This document shows, in pieces, positions 1 through 12,253 of a DNA stretch of 64,000 nucleotides. The stretch covers positions 317,068,001 to 317,132,000 of the forward strand of contig OZ024743.1 of assembly GCA_964016885.1 (NCBI GenBank), read 5' to 3'. The DNA comes from Eledone cirrhosa (lineage: Eukaryota). The notes under the pieces were generated by a model, which was given only the letters and a program-made list of their open reading frames with translations, was not told where the DNA came from and ran no database searches. Positions within the stretch are counted from its first letter, which is position 1; each line of letters starts with the position of its first letter. The position numbers were made by a program, and so were the translations under genes.

Positions 1-2401
1 TTATCTTATAATAACTGGTTAAAATAAGATTAACAAAATGTATTTTACATCTGTAATTCAGATCTTACATGATTTCAGTACGTACAAATGTGTAAAAACA
101 TAGTACCTGTAAAAACACAGTAAAAATATAGTATGATGGGATCGTAGGAACACTGTATTGACATATGGTGTTTCATAGGGCATTTTTATACCTGGCAGAG
201 GCCAGGGCTGAGTACAGTAGATTTCTTCTAGAAAGTGAGAGACAGGAAGTAAGAAAGAGATATAGAGGAAGAATCAACTGGTACTTTTTTTTAGTGATCT
301 CAAATAGATGAAATGCAAAGTTGGCCTCAGTGGGATTTGAACTGAGAAAGCAGAGAGCCAGAATGAATGCAGCAAAACATTCTACTTGACATTCTAACAA
401 CTTGGCCAATTTGCCACCTAAAAGCATAGAACCTGTGAAAAATTTACAGGGTTTATTTGAGTATGGGATAAATTATACCAACATAAATATGAATAGTTTT
501 ACCTGTCTCAAGACATCATGTAATGTAATGTTATGAATAATAGTACTGTTACTTCCTAAGTTTTCAACATGTTCGTAATCTCTCATTCATTCTTCAATCT
601 CTCACTGTATCATTCATGTCATCTGTCACTAGATACATTCTTTAACTCTTTCTCACATCTTTCTTAGTCATCAATACAGTCTTACTCTGTCTCACTGCAT
701 TTTCCTTAGTCATCAATACAGCCTTACTCTTTCTCACTAAATCTTCCTTACTCATCTCATATTCAATACAGTCTTATGCTTTCTCTCTTTTTCTTTTTTT
801 TTCACCTAATCTGTAGTACAATTAATTAAATAAGAATTTTGAATGATTTACTAAAATATTTTATTATTATGATAGTACTAGTAATATGGTTCTAAAATTA
901 TTTTTGAAGATTTTAATTTTACTCCTTTGATACCAAACCACCTCAGACTACTGCTGATTTATTTTACAATACAAAACTGTTTATTCTAAAGTGTTTATAT
1001 TTATCTAAAAAACTTCAATCATAATTTTATGTAAGAACGTTTTTTAAGTTATGTTCCAGCTTAATAATGCGAAAGTTGTATTAATAAATCCCTTCAAATT
1101 CTTGATTATTTTCAAAATTATTTGAAAATCATAGGCAATGTCTTTCATTTGAAATATGTTCACAAAAGGGTTAAAGTGTTTATATCTACCAGAGTTCAAA
1201 TCCCGCCGAGGTTAACTTTGCCTTTCATCCTTACAGGGTTGATAAAATAAAGTACCAGTAATGTACTGGGGTAATTGCTGGCCTTGTGCCAAAGGTAGAA
1301 ACAATTATAATTTAATGTAAGAACCTTTGTTAAGTTATGTTCCAAACCAGCTTAATAATGACTTTTGGTAATTTAAAAAAAATTATTTTAAAATTCTAAG
1401 CTATTTTTATTAGAAATATGGCAAAGAAAGGGTTATATAGGTTCCTTATTGTTGGTGTTTTATTGTTTCAGAAAACAAGAGTCGGTTTAGGCCAGATTGG
1501 TATCAGAAGAATTAAACTGTATTCTACACTGTCTCCTAATACATTCTAAAATCCTCTCACTCTCTCTCTCTATCTATCTATCCCCCCCCCTCCTCTCTCT
1601 CTATCTATCTATCTCCTCCCTCTCTCTCTCTCTCTTTCCATTAAACTACAACCATGCTTGGGAACCAACTTAAAATGTATTAGTCAGTCATATCAAACTC
1701 CAGTACATATTTCAAATACTGGTCTTACAACAGAAAACCTTTTATATTTTACTTGTTTATATTTATCTAAAAACCTTCCAGCATAATTTTGTGTAAGAAC
1801 AACTAAAACACTCAACAGAGGTCCAACAATAATATTACATTACTTAGTGATTCATTAATTTATTTTTAAATTATTTTAAATATTGATTTTGGAATTTATG
1901 CCATTCAGGATTAGTGATGTATAATTAATACACCCAGATCAGACTTATGTTTTAATCCTTTTGTTTTGCATTTATTTCCATTTCAAAAATATAAATAAAA
2001 TAATAACATATAAGTAAAGTAAAAGAGTTTTGATATACATTATGTTTTTGTGTGTGTGTTTAGCTTTCTTGATACTAACCCAGCCAAAACCAGCTCTGGT
2101 TCTACAAAACAAAACTACCCATTTTAAACGGTTCCTATTTAAATTAAACTCTTCCGGTATAATTTGATGTAATAACCATATATTAAATTACTACTCTGGT
2201 AATAAAATAATTAATAATTTTAGTAAATCCCTTGAAATTCTTCATTAACTTATTGAATTAGAGCATATTTCATTAAATATATGGTCACAAAAGGGTTAAT
2301 TTGCATTATACTTGTGTGTGTGTGTTTGATATTAACCCCACATAGAATGATAGCTTAACAAGAACTAGGGGTCTCTCACTTTTCAAATTGATATATATAT
2401 A

Positions 2402-2847
2402 TCATCATTATCATCATCACCGTTTTACATCTGTTCTTCCACGCTAGTATGGGTTAGACGGGTTGTCCTGTTGTGGGCTGTGTCCGGTCGGCTGACCTTG
2501 TCTTGCTCATACGGAAACTGACTCTGGCTTGATTTCTACAGCTGGATGCCCTTCCTAACACCAACCTCATTTACAGTGAGTGCTGGGTCCTTTTTTTCTA
2601 TGGCGCCTACACGTCCACTTTACAGTGTGGGCTGGGTGCTTTTTTGCCGTGGCACCTCCACGACCACTTTGCAGTGGAATGATAGGGACCCCAGTCCTAT
2701 CATCTCATTTGTACAGCTGAGTAAACTGGAGCAATGTGAAATAAAGTGTCTTGCTCAAGGAAACAACACATCACCCGGTCTGAGAATTGAACTCACAACC
2801 TTTCGATTGCAAGCCAAATGCTCTAACCACTAAACCATGCGCCTTCA
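2402..2847 (-). mobile_element. tRNA-derived SINE with a CORE-like centre and an RTE-derived 3' tail
   Basis: Minus-strand head has A box TGGTTTAGTGG and B box GTTCAATTC. Centre CCTTGAGCAAGACACTT resembles CORE. Tail and (GAT)n are shared with the RTE UTR. Confidence 0.85.
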
Positions 2848-3354
2848 TATATATATATAATGTGTGTGTGTGTGTGTGTATATATATAGGGGATGGTCGT
2901 GGGCAGAATACCTTTGCTCAATGAGGGTTGACTTTGGGCTAAACAACATCAGCAAAAACTCATAGTATTTATTCAGCAGAAAGATATTTCATTGAGAAAG
3001 AAAAAAGAAACAGCCTTCTTTCACCAGTAACCTTCAAGTGTTGGCTTAATGTCAAAACTATCCTCCCTACTACTTCTAAGATTACCTCATCAATGGGCTC
3101 TGATTCTCAAGATGCTGGCACTGTTCCAACTCCTATAGAGGATCTCACTACTATAATATCCTTCTCCCCTAGATAGTAAACAGAGCAAAGAACCTTATTC
3201 TACGCTTATCTGTTGTTAAATATAGACAGACTTCTTGTCACAATATACATTCTCTATTTGCTCATATATATACATATATATGTATGTATGTATATATATA
3301 TGTATATATGTATATATATATATAATATATATCTTCTTCCATTTGTTAGAGGGT

Positions 3355-3390
<36 letters not shown>

Positions 3391-3392
<2 letters not shown>

Positions 3393-3783
3393 TCATCATC
3401 ATCATCATCATCATCGTTTAACGTCCGTGTTCCACGCTTGCATGGGTTTGGACAGGGGTTTTCCCACTTGAGGCAAGAGTGATTGTCTTGCTCGCATAGG
3501 ACTGTCTGGCGGGTTTTCTACAGTTGGATGCCCTTCCTAACACCAACCACATTTACAGTGTGGGGCTGGGAGGTTTTTACCGTGTTGCCTACACGGCCAC
3601 ATTACAGCGTGGACTGTGTGTTTTTTTTTTGTCGTGACACCTACACGATCTCATTTGTTTCGGCCTGGATGTTGTGGCACCAACATAACTTTACATTGAA
3701 AGGGGCGGTGTGGATGGGGTGGGGTGGTGGGACGGGGGTGTATTTTGTTAGAGATGCCTACTGACTGTAGTAGGTTTTACTTT
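3391..3783 (-). mobile_element. Solo 3' UTR of the second RTE family, with a long target-site duplication
   Basis: Matches 43826-44215 and the reverse complement of 57615-57995. Flanked by a direct repeat, ATCTTCTTCCATTTGTTAGAGGGTTCTCAT, at 3331-3360 and 3802-3831. Confidence 0.88.
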
Positions 3784-3896
3784 GTATATATATATATGTA
3801 TATCTTCTTCCATTTGTTAGAGGGTTCTCATATATATACATATATATATAAAATAAAATAAATAAGTCAAATATTTAAAATTTGGCTTCGTTTATT

Positions 3897-3951
3897 ACTG
3901 CTATATATATTTCAGTGACAGCCATCTTTGGCTGTGACCTCTTCAGGCAGT
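3897..3951 (-). ncRNA. Minimal type I hammerhead ribozyme in the PLE pseudo-LTR (core intact)
   Basis: Minus strand: ACTGC CTGAAGA GGTCACAGCC-AAAGAT-GGCTGTCACT GAAA TATATA TA|GCAGT. Stem I is ACTGC/GCAGT, stem II is ~9-10 bp, and stem III is a palindromic AT run (dimer type). Confidence 0.85.
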
Positions 3952-4891
3952 CAGAATTAGTGTGGTAGAGATGTGTACACATGTTGGTGATGTGTTTAAC
4001 TTTGTCAATACTCTGATATGCCCAGTTCCTGGTTGGGTTGTTATTTCACTGAGGAACTGGAATCATATGAATTTAAACAAACAAATTTCAGCATCAGAGG
4101 ACATCCTCTTCTCCCATTGGTCAATTGTGAGAACATTCCTCAGTCAAAAGTCTATAGAAATTTGTTCTGAGGCCAAGCAATCTGTAGTGGTTGTTCTTGT
4201 TATTATTAAGTACATCTGTCCTCTACTCTTATCTTGGTAGTGGTGTTGGTGTTGGAGTCAGCTAAAAAAAAATGATAAAATGATAAGAATGATAAAATGG
4301 TAGAAAGAATAATATGGTAAGAGAATAAAATAAGATAATCAAATAAAATGTGTGTGTTATAATCAATCTCGAAGTTAGAAAGATTTGTAAGATCCACGCC
4401 TCCCATTGGTCAGTTGTGAGAGCATTCTTCAGTCAACAGTCTATAGAAATTCTTTCTGGGGTGAGGCTATCTGTAGTGTTTGTTTTTGCTATTGTTAAGT
4501 ATATCTGACTTCTACCCTTATTTTGGTAGTGGTGTTGGTGCTGCGGTCAGCCTAGGTCTTGCTGCTGCTGATTTTAGAAGTATCTGTGTGTGGTTGCATC
4601 CATCCTGCCACCATTTTTCTCGTGGTGGTGGGGTGGGGTGGTGGGGGGGGGTAGTGCCATGCATATGAAGAAATAAAAGGCAATAAAATGAAGAAAATAG
4701 AAAATAAATGAAAAATAAGATTCAAATAAAATAAAATAAAATGCTCAGCCTAGATGGGTCCCTATGGCTTGAGGAGAGATCCCAACCTATGGTGTTGTTA
4801 CTCCCCATATAGCTTGAGGGAGGTCCGGCCAAGAGGTGTCTACATGTTCTGGAGAAGTCCCTATAGCTTGAGTTCACATGTTAGTGTGTTG

Positions 4892-6950
4892 TTACTGTCC
4901 ATATAGCTTGAGGAAGGTCCCGGCCCTGTGGTGTCTACATGTCCCGAAGAAGTCAGTTCTGAAGTTTATCAGGCGGCTTCCACCTCTTAGTATCTCGAGG
5001 GTCTCGCTCAGACATAGTTTGCATATGCCAAATCCCCCTTTATCGGGTGGTACTTTCCTGATTATGTACCAGACCAGAGAGTACGGGGTCCTGTCCAGCT
5101 TAAGCTTCCAGATCAGGTCGGAAAGAGCCATACTTTTCCTTTTGACCTCCTTATTGAAGGAATGGCGATTGTTATACCAACGGTCTTTAAAGCTCGTTCA
5201 TGTGTTCGGAGTTGGGGGTTTTAACTCTACATCCGTATATTAGGTACTTCCTAAGGCATTCATTACTAAGGGGGCATGATTCGGGGTTTCTGCAGTTGCA
5301 GAGGGTGGTCGACCTCTGTGTGCCTAGTGTGGGGTTCCCGTTACGTGTTAGATGGTAGTCTTCCCCCGGGTCCGGTGGGGGGTCCCCGGGTCTGTTTGAG
5401 TTTCTTGGGTTGGCACTGGGTCCACCCTTCTCTCCTTCCACATGGTTCTGCTGGGTGCTTATATTGCCATCTTCTGGTTGTGTGTGGTGTTTAAGCCTAC
5501 TCCTGTTGATGCTAGCTATGTGTTGGGCCAGATTTCGCGTGGTGGAATACGAGAGCTTCACAGTGTGCCTGTTGAAGATTTTGTGGTATCTATGGTCCCT
5601 CGGGAAGCATTTATCAAGTGCCCCAAAGAATGATCGGGCCAAGCTGTTCTTTAGGGCCGCTGAGTAGGGTGGGTTGTACCACGTGATTTTTCTGCGCCTA
5701 CTCCTATATGGGTGGGTTGAGGGCGTCGTGAGTTATTGGAGAGTTGTTGGGTTGCTGGTGGTTCCTGCATTGTTGCTTCCCCTTTGGGCGCTATGCGTTT
5801 TGCTATCTTCTCGGCTCAAATCTGTGGGGTTGTTGTTGCCCGCGCTGGGAGATCCACGGTGGGGTGGTCCACCGTCCCCCCCCCCCCCCCCCACACACAC
5901 ACGTGTCCTGCGGTTGGGGTCGTCGGGCCCGGGGTGGTTAGTATCACCCCTGAGACGGCTACTCGTATTGGGTTTCTTCTCATGGTTAAGCGTACTCGTC
6001 ACCATCGCCCGTGTGGTGGTGTCGGGCTCGTGGTGCTTATTTGTTTCTGTTCTGCCTGTATTGTTAGGGTTCGCCCCCTCCCGGACAACATGGGTGGGGG
6101 TGTCCGTTGGGCCATCCCCATCCCGGCGCCTCGGACTATATGTTATATTTTGGCAATGTGCTGCCTTATTCAGAGCTGCGTTGTTTGTAATATTCCGCGT
6201 TGCTATCGAAGATTTCCTTATTTGCGGACAGGCTGGAGATCCTGTCCGAGACACTCTTCACCACGGCCTTGGTTATGGATCTAGGGTGGTTTGACTTGGC
6301 GTTAACATACACAAGTTTCTCGTTGGACTTGTGGTAGGGGTAGTATTGCTCGGTGTTCAGGTTTAGGGTGGTGTCTAGGAAGTTAACTACCTTTCTATTT
6401 GGGTCGAGTTCGATACTGAGCCCCTGGTTCTTAAAGAAATGGCGAATACGCCTCTTCATTCTCTCCACCATAGTGGTGCTGTGGTCATATACTGTGAAGA
6501 GACCATCGTCAGGATATAATCTGCCGCCCAGGCAGGGGATTTCATCTTTTATCTGCTTCAGCAGGAGAGCCCAACCAGGTCCGTTACCTGTGCTGAGTCG
6601 CTGGAGCCCATCGTGATGTCAAAGTTATTTGGCCAATCACTTCTGGTCCAAAGCTCCATCGAAAGGGATTAAGGTCTTTCTTGCGTCGTGGATGATGCTC
6701 ACCTCCTCTCGGGTTAGGTCCGTGTTGGACATTGCTAAAAATAGTGCCTTGTTGAGTACTATGGGGGAGATTGAAGAGTAGTAGCCTGCGATATCCAGTT
6801 GGATAAAGCTGGTCTTACTTTTCTCAGGTAGTATCTTAAACCATTCTATTACCTCTCCCGTGCATGACCATTGCTGTAATCATGATAGCTTAGAGATTGA
6901 TTCTGACACAGCCTTTCTAATTTGGCCAACATCTTTATAACTTTGACATT
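4892..6950 (-). pseudogene. Frameshifted PLE polyprotein: RT followed by a C-terminal GIY-YIG endonuclease (Naiad-like)
   Basis: Minus-strand motifs: QLDIAGYYSSI, YPDDGL, VNFLDTTLNL..YYPYHKSN..VYVNAKSNHP, KITWYNPPYS..FPRDHRYHKIFNRHTVKLSYS, CNCRNPESCPLSNEC..LIY, FKDRWYNNRHSF, ALSDLIWKLK..CKLCLSE..CRH. There are several frameshifts, and the YIG segment appears deleted near 5200. Confidence 0.9.
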
Positions 6951-7889
6951 GGTTATAACACACACACATTTTATTTTATTTGAATCTTCATTTTCTTATT
7001 TTTCATTTATTTTCTATTTTCTTCATTTTATTGCTTTTTATTTCTTCATATACATGGCACACACACCCCTCCCACCACCACCACCACGAGAAAAATGGTG
7101 ACAGGATGGATACAACCACACACAGATACTTCTAAAATCAGCAGCAGCAAGACCTAGGCTGACCGCAGCACCAACACCACTACCAAAATAAGGGTAGAGG
7201 TCAGATATACTTAACAATAGCAAAAACAAACACTACAGATAGCCTCACCCAGAAAGAATTTCTATAGACTTTTGACTGAGGAATGCTCTCACAACTGACC
7301 AATGGGGGGGAGTGGACCTTACAAATCTTTCTAACTTTGAGATTGGTTGTAACACGCACACATTTTATTTGATTATCTTATTTTATTCTTTTACCATCTT
7401 TCTACCATTTTATCACTTTTTTTTGTTTAATTATTTGCTTATATTATCTTATTTTCATTTCCTATTTTCTTCACTTTATTGCCTTTTATTTCTTCATATG
7501 ATTGCCCCCACCACCACCACCACCACTAGAAATGGTGACAGGATGGATGCAAACACACACAGATACTTCTAAAATCAGCAGCAGCAAGACCTAGGCTGAC
7601 AGCATCACCAACACCACTACCAATATAAGGATAGAGGCCAGATGTACTTAACAATAGCAAAAACAAACACTAAAGATAGCCTCACCCCAGAAAGAATTTC
7701 TATAGACTGTTGACTGAAGAATGCTCTCACAACTGACCAATGGGAGGCGTGGATCTTACAAATCTTAAATTCATACGATTCCAGTTCCTCAGTGAAATAA
7801 CAACCCAACCAGGAACTGGGCATATGAGAGTATTGACAAAGTTAAACACCTCAACAACATGTGTACTCGTCTCTACCACACTAATTCTG

Positions 7890-7944
7890 ACTGCCTGAAA
7901 AGGTCACAGCCAAAGATGGCTGTCACCGAAATATATATAGCAGT
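7890..7944 (+). ncRNA. Hammerhead copy in the inverted pseudo-LTR, core mutated (CTGAAAA)
   Basis: ACTGC CTGAAAA GGTCACAGCC AAAGAT GGCTGTCACC GAAA TATATATA GCAGT; the conserved G8 is changed to A. Confidence 0.75.
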
Positions 7945-8163
7945 AATAAACGAAGCCAAATTTTAAATATTTGACTTATTTATTTTAGTTTATTTTACAT
8001 TACTCCGGAGTAACCAAACCAACCCCAACCTGCGCACTTCGTCGAGTGCTCCAATCTGCATACTGAGGTGTTGATATACAACCAACATATACTCAAAATT
8101 CAGACCCATGCTAGCGCGGAAAATGGACGTTAAACGATGATGATGATGATGATATATATATAA

Positions 8164-9050
8164 ACCAGAGATTTCCCGAATAAGACGAATACAAGAAACG
8201 TCCCCATTCGTTCGTCAGACAAGGCAATTTAAAACATAGTGAAATATTTGAAAAATTTCCCCAAGAAAGGCAAAAGTTTAACGGGCAAAAAAAAAAAAAA
8301 TAATAAATAAATAAATAAAATAAAAGTAATGCAAGAGATATATAAAAATAAAATAAGGAAATATAGTAAGGGTATATGCATAAATGTGTGTATATGCACC
8401 TACAAATGTACATATCTGTGTATGTACAAATGCATGTGTATAGTGAAAAAATGTGTGCGTTAGTACATACATGAGGGCAAGCATATCAGTGTATGTGTGA
8501 CCACAAATACGTATATAATATATGTTGAAAAAAGAAATTGTAAGATAATAGAGTTAACGTACATACAGACTCAGGGACTAAGGATTGAAATATATACACA
8601 TACAAGTATGAAAGCACGCGTATAAACACACACACGCGCGCAACCACATATATTATATACGTATTTGTGGTCACATATACACTGATATGCTTGCCCTCAT
8701 GTATGTACTTACGCACACATTTTTTCACTATACACATGCATTTGTACATACACACATATGTACATTTGTAGGTGCATATACACACATTTATACATATACC
8801 CTTACTATATTTCCTTATTTTATTTTTATATATCTCTTGCATTACTTTTATTTTATTTTATTTATTTATTTTTTTTTTTTTTGCCCGTTAAACTTTTGCC
8901 TTTCTTGGGGAAATTTTTCAAATATTTCACTATGTTTTAAATTGCCTTGTCTGACGAACGAATGAGGACGTTTCTTGTATTCGTCTTATTCGGGAAACTT
9001 CTGGTAATGAGGTAATTATATTGTATTGTTTATTATACATTAAATTTAGG
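8164..9050 (+). mobile_element. Non-coding foldback element carrying a hammerhead (non-autonomous PLE or retrozyme-like)
   Basis: ~360-bp inverted arms at 8164-8525 and 8646-9005 with a 120-bp spacer. Hammerhead at the 3' end. Flanked by TA-rich microsatellite. Confidence 0.8.
8941..9016 (+). ncRNA. Type I hammerhead ribozyme
   Basis: ATTGCCTTGT CTGACGA A CGAATGAGGACG..CGTCTTATTCG G GAAA C-TTCTG-G TA|ATGAGGTAAT. Stem I is 10 bp with GU pairs, stem II is ~11 bp, and the cleavage triplet is GUA. Confidence 0.82.
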
Positions 9051-9121
9051 TCTGTAACTTACATAGAAAATTGAAAAAGTCACTCCTATGACTTTTTCAA
9101 TTTTCAACGGAAACTTCAATA

Positions 9122-9645
<524 letters not shown>

Positions 9646-9872
9646 TTTTTTCCATTTCTTAAGGGGTTCTAAAACCCACTGTCAAGCTGAAATTTCTTTA
9701 GTCAAAAAAACGGCGAATGGTTCTGTTTCTATTTTCAAACTCGCTCACTGTTTCAAAACAAACTTACTATACGTATATATAGATGTGTGTGTGTGTGTTT
9801 GTATATGTATGTGTGTATCATCATCATCATTTAACATCCATTTTTCCACACTAGCATGTATATATATGTATC

Positions 9873-9906
<34 letters not shown>

Positions 9907-10197
9907 CACACACACATACATATCGTCCCCCTCTCATAGCAGTGCCTTCCAATCCCACACTGCAATTGTGGGTGTGCGTCCCAAACTATGGTTCCACTGT
10001 GAGAAGGGTTCAGCATGGCTAATTGGCCTGTCCCTCCTCATAACAGTGTCATTCAGTTCCACACTGTAAATGTGGCAGGTGTTAGGAAGGGTATCCAGCT
10101 GTAAAAACCCTGGCCAAATTTACAGTCCTGTTGGAGCACGTCTGACCCATGCAAGCATGGAAAAATGGACAGTAGGTGGTGGTGATGTTATATATAT

Positions 10198-10826
10198 ACA
10201 TTTTTACTCTTTTACCCATCCCAAACATCCAGCTGAGGCCATGTTGGGACATTGCCCTCATTGGTTCACTTTCAATATCCAGCCTGCGTAGGAGCCATTG
10301 ATGTAGGAGAGAGTTCATTGCTGCTGCTCTTAATTTACCTTCATTCCATGCTGGGGATTCATCTAGGATCCTGGATAGCAGAGTGTCAACATTTTTCTTG
10401 AAAATATCCACATCCACACCATGCAGATCTTTCAAGATTCTTGGCATCTTATTAAAGAGTTAGGAACCTTTGAACCCCAGGCTATTGCAATATCTGCTCC
10501 TTACTCTACATGTGAAAGATGAGACCTTTGACACTACACAGTGACGTCCTGTACAAGGGTTGGTCCAGCTCTCAATGCCAAAATTTGGTGCTAGTACTAG
10601 GATGTTCCATATGTATATTACTGCATACCTCTCCCGTCTTCATTCCAAGGAGTAGAGTTTTAGTTCTTTTAGCCTCTTCCAGTAGCTCATCTCCATCATC
10701 GTGGCAATCCTCTTGGTGTAGCTTTGTTGGATTGCTTCAAGCTCTATGGTTTGACATTATGGGGTGGCCACAGCTGGGAGAAATAGTCCAGTCAGCTTAG
10801 GACAAATGTCCTCCATAGGGCCAACA
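10198..10826 (-). mobile_element. 3' fragment of the same CR1/Jockey-group LINE family
   Basis: Reverse complement is similar to 62145-62780 (for example KDLHGVDVDIFKKNVDTLLSRILDE). Confidence 0.88.
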
Positions 10827-10831
10827 TATAT

Positions 10832-11101
10832 CATCATCATCATCATCGTTTAACGTCCATCTTCCACGCTTGCATGGGTTTGGACGGGAATTTTCCCACT
10901 TGAGGCAAGATTGGTTGTCTTGCTCGTATAGGACTGTCTGGCGGGTTTTCTACGGCTGGATGCCCTTCCTAACACCAACCACGTTTACAGTGTGAACTGG
11001 GAGGTTTTTACTGTGTTACCTACACAGCCACATTACAGCGTGGACTGTGTGTTTTTTTGTTGTGACACTTACACAACCTCATTTATTTCGGACTGGATGT
11101 T
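10832..11101 (-). mobile_element. RTE 3'-UTR fragment (related copies at ~21110-21400, 25327-25470, 31670-32100, 37250-37490)
   Basis: Shares GGATGCCCTTCCTAACACCAACC and the (CAT)n end with the RTE UTR. Confidence 0.8.
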
Positions 11102-11327
11102 GTATATATATATATAATATAATATATATATATATACATACACACACTCATATAATATATATATATACATATATATAAACATATATATATAAACATAAAT
11201 GTAATCTGAGTTTTTCGAATATTAATAACATTCGATTCGTTTGCAATTATGCAAACAAGCTTCAATTTTATAGCCATGTCAGTAGAATGAACACTTCATG
11301 CTTGCTTTTGTGTTGGCATGCGAACAG

Positions 11328-11375
11328 AACTGCAGATACTAATGTTTCTGGGTATCACCCTTCATCAGTACAGCT
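11328..11375 (-). ncRNA. Minimal type I hammerhead, unit 1
   Basis: AGCTGTA CTGATGA A GGG-TGATA-CCC A GAAA CATTAGTA TC|TGCAGTT. Stem I is 7 bp; stem III has one mismatch. Confidence 0.75.
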
Positions 11376-11765
11376 CACTGTTCACCTGCCAAACTGTCAG
11401 AGCTAGTGAAAATGTATGCTATTTTCAAAAATACACAGTGACTGATCGGCCTGATTTGCATGTTAGCAGACTGGCTGATTAGTCAGATCTGCATATTAGT
11501 AGATCCACTGATCAACCAGATTTGCATATCAGCAGACTGGCCAGTCAGTTTCCTGTATACGAGTGATAAATGGCCGGCTTTGCCAAATTCAAATAAAAAA
11601 AAAAATTTCGCTCTACATGGTTGAATACAATAAATGTAATCTGAGTTTTTCGAATATTAATAATAACATTCGATTCGTTTGCAATTATGCAAACAAGCCT
11701 CAATTTAATAGCCATGTCAGTAGAATGAACACTTCATTCTTGCTCTTGTGTTGGCATGCGAACAG

Positions 11766-11813
11766 AACGGCAGACACTAATGTTTCTGGATATCACCCTT
11801 CATTAGTACAGCT
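11766..11813 (-). ncRNA. Minimal type I hammerhead, unit 2 (core mutated to CTAATGA; stem III and GUC site intact)
   Basis: AGCTGTA CTAATGA AGGGTGATATCCA GAAA CA-TTAG-TG TC|TGCCGTT. Confidence 0.7.
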
Positions 11814-12030
11814 CACTGTTCACCTGCCAGCCAAAATGTCAGAGCTAGTGAAAATATATGCTATTTTCAAAAATACACAGTCACTGTGTTCATTCTACTG
11901 ACATGGCTATAAAATTGAGGCCTGTTTGCATAATTGCAAATGAATGGAATATTATTATTAATATTCGAAAAACTCAGATTTCATTTATTGTATTCAGCAA
12001 TGTAGAGCAAAATTTTTCTTTTTTATATAA

Positions 12031-12099
<69 letters not shown>

Positions 12100-12253
12100 T
12101 TCATAATATATATATATATGATGTTAAACAATGAAAGAACAAAAAATATAATAAAGTGATGCAGTAATTAATCCAGAATAGAAGTAACCAAGAATGAGTA
12201 AATGTGTATATAAATGTACACACTTTTTCATATAGATATATCTATCTATCTAT

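Larger units (their letters stand above)
3851..7988 (-). mobile_element. Penelope-like element (PLE), 5'-truncated, with a 3' pseudo-LTR (3851-4740) and an inverted pseudo-LTR copy (~6965-7988) at the truncation point
   Basis: 3851-4740 is the reverse complement of ~6965-7988, with ~300-bp internal subrepeats. The arms flank a decayed RT+GIY-YIG ORF and each carries a hammerhead motif. This is the canonical PLE insertion architecture. Confidence 0.92.
11197..12025 (-). mobile_element. Non-coding partial-tandem element (438-bp unit) with an inverted tail and one hammerhead per unit
   Basis: 11197-11443 repeats at ~11632-11886. 11886-12025 is the reverse complement of ~11600-11732. Flanked by (TA)n. 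Confidence 0.85.

Noticed and set aside
2770-2847. tRNA genes at SINE heads
   Set aside because: They are fused to SINE bodies and present in many diverged copies.
5674-6294. Plus-strand ORFs over the PLE and antisense ORFs over the LINEs
   Set aside because: They are shadow frames of the transposon ORFs.
4110-7760. Extra hammerheads in the pLTR subrepeats (CTGAAGA or CTGAGGA plus a hairpin at ~4138, 4427, 7275, 7714)
   Set aside because: The hairpin is not followed directly by GAAA, and no stem I or III can be formed.
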